Source: an uncultured Planctomycetota bacterium (GTDB lineage: Bacteria; Planctomycetota; Planctomycetia; Gemmatales; Gemmataceae). Taken from it: DNA of 64,000 bases. Where the stretch lies: the NCBI GenBank assembly GCA_963849325.1, contig CAWKHF010000010.1:320001-384000 (forward strand), read 5' to 3'. This document shows, one piece after another, positions 56,286-64,000 of this stretch. Positions within the stretch are counted from its first letter, which is position 1; each line of letters opens with the position of its first letter. Below the pieces are notes generated by a model. That model saw only the letters and a program-made list of their open reading frames with translations. It did no database searches and had not been told where the DNA came from. A program made the translations under genes and the position numbers.

Positions 56286-56486
56286 ATGTACCGGCATACG
56301 CCAACTTGTCTGCAAGGTTCCGTTTCCCACAATCGGCTGAGGGGGTTGTTCAACGACCCCCGCAAGACCGAGGAGATTCGCCTCGACCTGGTCGCGCGCG
56401 TCCGCCGCGAGATCGCCGAGGGCGTCTACGAAACCCCCGAGAAATGGGAGGCGGCCCTCGACCGCCTGGCCCAGGATCTGGAGTGA
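56286..56486 (+). CDS. FlgM-like anti-sigma-28 factor
   Basis: IRLDLVARVRREIAEGVYET..ALDRL; GGAGAGAGG RBS. Confidence 0.75.
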   Translation: MYRHTPTCLQGSVSHNRLRGLFNDPRKTEEIRLDLVARVRREIAEGVYETPEKWEAALDRLAQDLE

Positions 56487-56498
56487 CACGCTCTATCC

Positions 56499-56547
56499 GA
56501 GCCTGAAGCGTAAGCGAAGAGGATTCCTTCGCTTACGCTTCAGGCTC
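56499..56547. repeat. REP-like palindrome
   Basis: gagcctgaagcgtaagcgaag / cttcgcttacgcttcaggctc. Confidence 0.88.
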
Positions 56548-56652
56548 CGATCGCAGCTTGCGGAACGCACCCCCGTCCCTACAATACCAATCAAGAATCA
56601 TTCTTGATTAGCTGGGGGTCGCCCTCGTGGACCAGGCAGAGGAGACCGGGTC

Positions 56653-57141
56653 GTGCATTTGCCAGCCGTCGCTGTATCGCAGACTCCGGAAGCAAAGTTC
56701 CGCGAATACCTGGCCAGCCGTCCACGTCCGCAGCGCTACACCGATCAACAGCGCGATATGGTGCGGTACATCTTCAGCCAGCACCATCATTTCGACGCCG
56801 AGCAACTCATCGACGACATGAAGGGCGCGGGCTTCCGCGTCAGCCGGGCGACCGTGTACCGGACGCTGACCAAGCTCGTCGATGCCGGCCTGCTGCGCCG
56901 GCTGGAGTTGGGGCCGCGCATGTATTACGAACATGACTACGGCTATCCGCAGCACGAACACATGCAATGCGTGCAGTGCGGCAAGATGATTGAGTTCGAG
57001 AGTTCGGCGATTGAGACGGCGATGCGCGAAGTCTGCCGCCTGCATCAGTTTCACGCCAGCGGCCACAGCTTCATCATTCGCGGGACCTGCGCCGAGTGCA
57101 ACCGCGCCCGCATGACCAAGCGTCGCCTCGACCTGGTGTAA
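56653..57141 (+). CDS. fur: Fur-family transcriptional repressor
   Basis: HFDAEQL, VSRATVYRTL, HEHMQCVQCG, CAEC. Confidence 0.9.
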   Translation: MHLPAVAVSQTPEAKFREYLASRPRPQRYTDQQRDMVRYIFSQHHHFDAEQLIDDMKGAGFRVSRATVYRTLTKLVDAGLLRRLELGPRMYYEHDYGYPQHEHMQCVQCGKMIEFESSAIETAMREVCRLHQFHASGHSFIIRGTCAECNRARMTKRRLDLV

Positions 57142-57299
57142 AAAAACCAATTCACCACGGAAAACACGGAAAAAGACAAATACAAAGACAAAAAACAATC
57201 TGAACTGCGGTGTGCGGCAGCGAATTGGTTTTTTCTGTTTTTGTTTGTTTGTCTTTTTCCGTGTTTTCCGTGTTTTCCGTGGTGAATTGGTTTTACACC
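57136..57299. repeat. Long AT-rich inverted repeat (CACGGAAAA family), probable bidirectional terminator
   Basis: aaaaccaattcaccacggaaaacacggaaaa mirrored at about 57264-57294. Confidence 0.85.
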
Positions 57300-58759
57300 T
57301 TCTCGGGTACCTCGAAGCCTTTGCGATACTCGCGCGTCAGCATGGCGTCGGCCTGCTTGTCGCTGAGGAAGACTTCCTTCGTCGGTTCGACCGCCAGCTT
57401 GCGGCCGACGCGGCACTGGATGCTGGCCAGATCGACCTTGTTGTCCTTGAGGTGCTTCTCCATGCGCTCGAAGGTCTCGCCAGCGTCCTTGTCCTTGGCG
57501 AATGCCTTGGGCGTCTGTCCGAACGGCTGCTCCTGACCGAGACGATAGCTGATGTTGCCGAGGTGGCATAGGGCGCTGGACAGGTGGCCTTCGAGGATGT
57601 CGGCGTTGAGGTCCGCGACCTTGCGGCTACGGACGGCCTTGATGAAATTGCCGAAGTGATCGTCGCCGCCACCGAACTTCTTGATGACCTCGCCCTTGGG
57701 CGTGTAGGCGACGGCCCCACTGTAACTGGAGCAGACCATGTAGCCATCACTGCCGTACCAGATGTTGCCGACCTTGGCGCCGAGCAGATCCTTGGTCGGC
57801 AGGCCGCGCACCTCGAAGATCAGCTCGCAATCGCCGTAGTCGAAGACGCAAATCTGCGTGTTGGCCGTCTGTCCGTCGTCCACGTAGCCGAAGCGGCCGC
57901 CGACGCTGACGACGCCCTTGGCCAACTCGTTCTTGTTGAGGCCCCAACGTGCCTTGTCCATCTCATGGATGCCCTGGTTGCCCAGGTCGCCGTTGCCGGT
58001 GTCCCAGACCCAGTGCCAGTCGTAATGCAGGTTTTTGCGCATCAGCGGCTTCATCGGGGCCGGTCCACACCAGAGATCGTAATTGCAGGTGCGGGGTACG
58101 GGTTGAGGCCCGTCCACCTTGCCGATGCTGCCGCGCGGCTTGTAGCACAGACCACGGGCCAGTTTAATCTTGCCGAGCTTGCCTTCGTGCAGAAACGCCA
58201 TCGCTTCCTTCAGGCCGGTGCTGCTGCGGCTCTGCGTACCCGTCTGGCAGATGCGGTTGTGCTTGCGGGCGGTCTCGACAATACGCCGGCCTTCGCTGAC
58301 GTTGTGGCTGACCGGCTTCTCGACGTAGACGTCCTTGCCGTTTTGCAGCGCCCAGATGGCCGCCAGGGCGTGCCAGTGGTTGGGCGTGGCGATGCTGATG
58401 ATGTCGATGTTCTTGTCTTCGACGACCTTGCGGATGTCCTGCTCAAACTTGGGAGCCTGGCCCTGCTGTTTCTCGATCTTCTTCATGGCCGGGCCGATGA
58501 CGCCGGTGTCGGCGTCGCAGACGGTAGTAATGACGGTGTTGAGCTTGTTGTTGCCGGCGAAGGCGCTGACGTGGCTCATGCCGCGGCCGCGAACGCCGAC
58601 GACGGCCACGCGCAGCTGATCGTTGACCTGTCCCTTTTTGGCGGCGAGTGCGACAGCCTTCTCGGCGGAGCGAGCGTCCGCAGCCAATCCGGCGCCGGCG
58701 AGCGCGGCGGCGGCGAGGGCCGAATCCTGTAAAAAGTCACGCCGACTGATCGATCGCAT
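57293..58759 (-). CDS. Gfo/Idh/MocA oxidoreductase, Tat-exported
   Basis: SRRDFL; IATPNHWH; VYVEKP; NQGIHEMD. Confidence 0.92.
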   Translation of the reverse strand: MRSISRRDFLQDSALAAAALAGAGLAADARSAEKAVALAAKKGQVNDQLRVAVVGVRGRGMSHVSAFAGNNKLNTVITTVCDADTGVIGPAMKKIEKQQGQAPKFEQDIRKVVEDKNIDIISIATPNHWHALAAIWALQNGKDVYVEKPVSHNVSEGRRIVETARKHNRICQTGTQSRSSTGLKEAMAFLHEGKLGKIKLARGLCYKPRGSIGKVDGPQPVPRTCNYDLWCGPAPMKPLMRKNLHYDWHWVWDTGNGDLGNQGIHEMDKARWGLNKNELAKGVVSVGGRFGYVDDGQTANTQICVFDYGDCELIFEVRGLPTKDLLGAKVGNIWYGSDGYMVCSSYSGAVAYTPKGEVIKKFGGGDDHFGNFIKAVRSRKVADLNADILEGHLSSALCHLGNISYRLGQEQPFGQTPKAFAKDKDAGETFERMEKHLKDNKVDLASIQCRVGRKLAVEPTKEVFLSDKQADAMLTREYRKGFEVPEKV

Positions 58760-58867
58760 GGAAACTTCTCCTGGAGACGGGCGTACCCGGTGGGTGGGGG
58801 ATTACTCCTCACAATGTATCCGTTTGGAGGGGTATCGGTCAATCATCTGGTGGTGGAATTGTGGAGG

Positions 58868-58915
58868 AAAAAAAACAGGGGCCCCACCGCGCCAAACGCC
58901 TGTGGGAACCCCTGT
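58868..58915 (-). terminator. Rho-independent terminator
   Basis: Minus-strand hairpin acagggg..cccctgt followed by a T-run. Confidence 0.65.
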
Positions 58916-59002
58916 CTCGGTGGAGGATGCCATCGCCCGCTGGCGATCGCGTCCGGCGGCTACCGAGTCACCGCCGGAAAAGGATGACCATCTATTCTCC
59001 CA

Positions 59003-59020
59003 GCCGCTTGCGGCTTCGCG
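59003..59020. repeat. Single arm of GCCGCTTGCGGC REP family
   Basis: gccgcttgcggcttcgcg. Confidence 0.65.
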
Positions 59021-59101
59021 CTCGTCGCTGCTCGCCAAGCGCAATCGGTTGGGGACCGGCAAGCCTCCGTGCTCGAACCCTAGGTCGCAAACGCCGGGGG
59101 G

Positions 59102-59290
59102 TCAAACCCGCCCCGGCAAGGAGAAGCTCGCGTCAACTTGCTCAACCTGTTCGGCCATGACCCACAGCATGTAGGCCACGCGCTGGCGCAGGACGAGGTC
59201 GCGTCGCCGGCGCAGGTGGTAGCGGTCGCGCCACAGATAATAGAGCGTCGCCACCGCCAGGGCGGCGACATTCGCCACGATCGGTTGCAT
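59102..59290 (-). CDS. Small hypothetical membrane-associated protein
   Basis: 62 aa; hydrophobic N-terminus, basic patch, LRQRVAYMLWVMA. Confidence 0.65.
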   Translation of the reverse strand: MQPIVANVAALAVATLYYLWRDRYHLRRRRDLVLRQRVAYMLWVMAEQVEQVDASFSLPGRV

Positions 59291-59446
59291 GTGGATTGAG
59301 CCTGTGGAGGGGAAACCTCGTTTCTGTCCCGTTGATGCAACTGTAGCTCACGGCCCCGAAGCGAGCAAACCGTGAACACACGGTTTTTTCGGCCTTTGCT
59401 GATATTTTGGACGGGAGCAATCTTTCCGTTTTTGGGGGGACGAGCG

Positions 59447-59842
59447 ATGAAAGAGTTCGATCACGTCGGCATCGTCACCAGCGAGCCGCAGCCGGGCGAG
59501 AGTTGGGTTCCGTTCTCGCAGGTGTGGGTGACCAATCCACGCCTGCACCCGCAGCGGATCGAGTACATCCGTCCGCTACGGATGCCGCCGATTGAGACGG
59601 CGCAGGTGGGACTCTGGAAGTTGTGGCACTTGCCGCACGTGGCCTACCGCGTGGACGATCTGGAGGCGGCGATCGCCGGCGAAGAGGTGATCCTCGGGCC
59701 GTTCGAGCCAGGCGACTTTGGCCGCGTCGTCTTTGTCCACAAAGATGGGGCCGTCATCGAGTATCTGCACTACAGCACGCTGGAGTGCTGGTTTGGCCAA
59801 TCGACACCGTGGCGACCAGCCGGGCCACCGCTGCCCCTGTGA
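59447..59842 (+). CDS. VOC/glyoxalase-like protein
   Basis: FDHVGI, HVAYRVDDLEAAI, GAVIEY. Confidence 0.7.
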   Translation: MKEFDHVGIVTSEPQPGESWVPFSQVWVTNPRLHPQRIEYIRPLRMPPIETAQVGLWKLWHLPHVAYRVDDLEAAIAGEEVILGPFEPGDFGRVVFVHKDGAVIEYLHYSTLECWFGQSTPWRPAGPPLPL

Positions 59843-59910
59843 CGCCCACGGCAGTTTACAATGATGGGGGTGCGGCCGCGGGCCGCGACGGTGTTGAACC
59901 GGATACCTTC

Positions 59911-60390
59911 ATGCTGGAACAACGGGTGCTCCTGGTGCGGCCTCGCGCGGCGTCCGCCGTGCAGATCATCGTCGATGGCGAGAGCGGCGCCCCAGTGGGT
60001 TTCGCGCGCTGGCGGAGCGAGGCGCCTCCATCCTGGTGGCATCTCTTTCGTCGGGGCGTGCTGGCCGTGCATGAGTACGAGGACGAACCCTTGCTGTTCA
60101 GCATCCGCCGCGCCTGGAGTCTGCTGCCGCGGCGCGAGGTGTGCGACGCCGAGGGGCGCCCGGTTGGTTCACTCCTGGGCCGCGTTGTCCACGACCGCTA
60201 CGGCCGACTCCTGGCCGCCTTGCATGGCGCCAACGGCGGCGGCGTTTTCCGCAGTCCCGAAGCGCGCGCCCTGGCCGATGTTGTCCCGACGGCGGACGGA
60301 CTGCGCATCTGCTTCAGCGACGACGTGGCCGGCGAACCGTTCGTCAAGATGCTGCTCCTGGCCGCTTGCCTCGTGCATCGGGATTCGTGA
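59911..60390 (+). CDS. Hypothetical protein, scramblase/LURP-one-like
   Basis: Beta-strand pattern (VHEYEDEPLLFSIRR, VCDAEGRPVG) with a hydrophobic C-terminal helix KMLLLAACL. Confidence 0.5.
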   Translation: MLEQRVLLVRPRAASAVQIIVDGESGAPVGFARWRSEAPPSWWHLFRRGVLAVHEYEDEPLLFSIRRAWSLLPRREVCDAEGRPVGSLLGRVVHDRYGRLLAALHGANGGGVFRSPEARALADVVPTADGLRICFSDDVAGEPFVKMLLLAACLVHRDS

Positions 60391-60399
60391 ATCCTGTCC

Positions 60400-61083
60400 T
60401 CACGATTCCCGATTCCCCTCCTCGACGAGTTCGCCGAGCAGGCCGGCGAGACCTTCACTTCCCAGGGCCACGGTTTGCCCGCTGACCTCGACCTGGAACA
60501 GGTCGTCGAGCGGTTCGTGGGCGAGGAAGCGGACGGTGGCGCCCGGCGTCAGGCCCAGGGCCCGCCAGCGGCGTAGGCGTTCGGGGCTGTCGTCCTTGAC
60601 CTCGCGGATGAGGACGCGCTGACCGGCCCGGAAGGAGTGCAGGGGGAGCAGATGACGACGGGCGATGGCGCCTTCGCGGGTCGGGATGGGATGGCCGTGC
60701 GGGTCTTCGAGCGGTTCGCCGAGATGGGCGGCGATGGCCTGTTCCAGGCGCGGCGAGATGGTGTGCTCCAGCGCCTCGGCCTCGGCATCGACCTCACTCC
60801 AGTCCAGCCCGAGCACGCGCGTCAGCAACAGCTCCACCAGACGATGACGGCGAATGACGCGGCGAGCCTCGGCGATGCCGCGCGGCGTCAGCCGTGCGCC
60901 GCAGCCGGGTTCGTAGTCGATCCAGCCGCCGTCAGCCAGGCGCTTGAGCATGCCCGTCACCGACGGCGCCCGCACTTGCAGACGCGCGGCGATGGCCAAC
61001 GGCGTAACCATCTGCTCGGCACCGCCGAGGCTATGGATCGCCTTGAGGTAGTCTTGCACGGCTCGGCTGGGCTGGTCCGTCAT
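60400..61083 (-). CDS. DtxR/MntR-family metal-dependent regulator with FeoA domain
   Basis: DYLKAI, PSVTGMLKRL, RRHRLVE, EAEALEH, DPHGHPIP. Confidence 0.92.
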   Translation of the reverse strand: MTDQPSRAVQDYLKAIHSLGGAEQMVTPLAIAARLQVRAPSVTGMLKRLADGGWIDYEPGCGARLTPRGIAEARRVIRRHRLVELLLTRVLGLDWSEVDAEAEALEHTISPRLEQAIAAHLGEPLEDPHGHPIPTREGAIARRHLLPLHSFRAGQRVLIREVKDDSPERLRRWRALGLTPGATVRFLAHEPLDDLFQVEVSGQTVALGSEGLAGLLGELVEEGNRES

Positions 61084-61177
61084 CCGCGTCCTCGCGCCTG
61101 TTGGGTTGAAAGACCGCCGCCGGGTTATTCTAGCGATGCCGGCTGTTCGCGGCTTGACCTCAGCGCCCATCTGGATA

Positions 61178-61296
61178 AGCCCCTCTCCCCGTGTACTCAG
61201 GGGGAGAGGGGTTGGGGGTGAGGGGGTGGATTGTCAGCCGGTTTGCCGCCCCCTCACCCCCTACCCCTCTCCCCCGAGTACGGGGGAGAGGGGGCT
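61178..61296. repeat. CCCCTCTCCCC/GGGGAGAGGGG inverted repeat pair
   Basis: Two nested hairpin units in inverted orientation. Confidence 0.88.
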
Positions 61297-61302
61297 AATG
61301 GC

Positions 61303-61965
61303 TCAGCGCCCGTGCAGGACTTGGTTCAACCACGTTTCCAGGGCGTAGGACAGCCACAGCGATAGTCCGAAGGCGATGCGTAGGCCGGCCTGCATGACCA
61401 CCCACCACAGGGTACTGTTGAGCATCTGGCTGGAACTGAGCAGGGCGGCGCGGACCTCGACGGCCACCATCTGCCGCGGGTTGATGTGGCCGAGCGTGAA
61501 GAAGTGTACCACCGGTGCCGTCCACGAACGCAGCCAGTATTCCGCCTGATCGAAGTATTTCTCCATCTCCGCCTGGTCGATCGCCGTCACGCTGACGACG
61601 CCCCAGACGTCGAAGGCCGTCATCGCCACGCCGCTGAGGATCACCATCGGCCACAGCGGATAGAGAGGCAGCAGTTGCGCCACCGTGAACTCGTCCGCCG
61701 GCGGCCATAGCCACTTGCTGGCCAGGTAGTTCAGGAGGAAGATCGACAACAGCAGAACCAGCGGCAGGACGGTGCCCCAGGTGAGGAAGATGTGGGCGTG
61801 GTGTTTGACCAGTTGTAGCAGGCGCGGCCAGCGATTGGGCATGCTGCGCACCAGGCCGAGGACCGTGCCGTACTGGCGCAAGCGGACCCAGGTGCTGAGC
61901 AGGAACATCACGGCCAGATAGAAACCGAAGAAGCGGATGAGCCGCAGTTCGAGCAGCCAGGACAT
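61303..61965 (-). CDS. Hypothetical four-TM membrane protein
   Basis: Four hydrophobic segments, typical codon usage. Confidence 0.75.
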   Translation of the reverse strand: MSWLLELRLIRFFGFYLAVMFLLSTWVRLRQYGTVLGLVRSMPNRWPRLLQLVKHHAHIFLTWGTVLPLVLLLSIFLLNYLASKWLWPPADEFTVAQLLPLYPLWPMVILSGVAMTAFDVWGVVSVTAIDQAEMEKYFDQAEYWLRSWTAPVVHFFTLGHINPRQMVAVEVRAALLSSSQMLNSTLWWVVMQAGLRIAFGLSLWLSYALETWLNQVLHGR

Positions 61966-62145
61966 GACAGGCTCGGCGCTTGGGTCTTGGATCGGGGACG
62001 AGTCCGGGTTCGCACTCAACGGCACCACCATACCCGCGGACGTTGCGCCGTGTCCAGACGAGGCGTGCGGGCATACCTTCGTGTTTAGCCGCGATGCGGA
62101 GCGGAGCGTGTCGCTCCGCATCGCGGCTACTCCAAGAGTTGTCTC

Positions 62146-63410
62146 ATGACGTCATTGATGACACCGCCCGGATCGACGTGGACGTTGGCGACCCGCTGGG
62201 TCTTGCCGGTGAGCGGCCCGCCGTTGGCCCGTGGCGTCATCACCATCGCCGGCGAGCGCATCGTCGCGGTCGAGCCGCGCCGACGGCGACGGCCCGACAT
62301 GGACCTCGGTGACGTCGCCGTGCTGCCCGGATTGGTCAACGCCCACACGCATCTGGACCTGACAGGCCTGCGCGGTCGCTGTGCGCCAACGGCCGACTTC
62401 ACGAGTTGGCTGCGACAGGTGATCGTCCATCGGCGCGGCAGTACGCCGGCCCAAATCGAGGCCGACATCCGCACCGGCCTGGCTGAGAGCTTACGGCACG
62501 GGACGACGCTGCTGGCCGACATCTCAGCGGGCGGAGCGAGTTGGCCGATCCTGGCCGACGCGCCGCTCCGCAGCGTGGTCTTGTACGAATTGCTTGGCTT
62601 GACGCCGGCTCGCGCGGAGGAATCCCTGGCGGCCGCCGGTGCCTGGCTCGTTGCTCATCCGGCGCGGAAGAACTGCCGGCCGGGGCTGAGTCCACACGCC
62701 GCCGTACAGCGTGCGCCACGACCTGTTCGTCGAGGCGACGCAGCTGGCCCGCGATTTCCGATGTCCTCTGGCCGTCCACCTGGCCGAGAGCCGCGACGAA
62801 TTAAGGCTGCTGTACCGTCGCCGCGGCCCATTCGTTGCGTTTCTTAAAGAGCTGGGCGTGTGGGACGCCGGCGGACTGGTGCGGAGTCCGGCCGACGTAC
62901 TCGCTCTCTGCAACACGGGGACACGTTCCTTGTACGTCCACGGCAATTACCTGCACCCCACGCATGCGCGTGCCCGCCGACAGTACGGTCGTCTACTGCC
63001 CGCGCACCCACGCCGCCTTCGGACACCGGCCGCACCCACTGCCGTGGCTGCTGGAGCGCGGCGTCCGCGTCGCCCTGGGCACCGACAGCCTCGCCTCCAA
63101 CCCCGACCTCAGTGTTCTGGCGGAGGTACGATTTTTGCATCAACACCGCCCCGATGTGCCCGGCGACGTCCTGCTGCGCTTGGCCACCCTCAACGGCGCC
63201 GAGGCGCTGGGATGGGCGGAAGAGACCGGCAGCCTCGAAGCCGGCAAGTCGGCCGACCTCGTGGTGGTGCCGCTCGCTCCGGGAGAGCGGCGCGATCCCT
63301 ATGAGCGCCTTCTCGCCTCCGATTTGCCCGTGGAGCGAGTGCTATGTCGTGGTCAGTGGGTCCAATCCCTGGTTTCACCGCGACGCCGAGCGCGTCGTGG
63401 AGAAACTTGA
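62146..63410 (+). CDS. Metal-dependent amidohydrolase/deaminase (frameshifted)
   Basis: PGLVNAHTHL, SPHA, VHLAES, VHGNYL, ALGTDS, GKSADLVV. Confidence 0.88.
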
Positions 63411-63483
63411 ATTCGGGGACGCAAAATCCTACCTCTAACCGTACCAGCAACCTGGTGATGAACATCGAGAAGGGTGATCCGCA

Positions 63484-64000
<517 letters not shown>

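Overview
High-GC bacterial chromosomal segment, inferred to be from a planctomycete of the Gemmata/Gemmataceae type. The evidence is an ECF sigma factor fused to WD40 repeats, a TIGR03000 protein, a DUF6800-like protein, an LExLExR export motif, eukaryote-like Ser/Thr kinases and many REP-like palindromes. The window mixes housekeeping genes (rarA, rsmE, zwf-opcA, LysR-gltB-gltD, fur, a DtxR-family regulator, a xylA-like gene, GH51, GH57) with small accessory modules: MazEF, two tandem RelE-like pairs, a second MazF with an atypical partner, an orphan HicB, Uma2, one IS5-family element and a large cadherin-like surface protein. Many conserved genes are broken by 1-2 nt indels, most likely uncorrected long-read errors, so they are reported as frameshifted CDSs with approximate boundaries. 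The best candidate for an undescribed system is a cassette wedged between gltB and gltD: a minimal ParB/Srx-like (DGHHR) protein coupled to a CX5R phosphatase, followed by a nucleotidyltransferase. Other notable items are a REP palindrome lying in frame inside a gene, a pseudo-enhancer-binding protein/pseudo-receiver/ferredoxin operon, and a xylose-isomerase homologue with a metal-ligand swap. No rRNA, tRNA or CRISPR array was seen. All family calls come from motif recognition by eye, not database searches.
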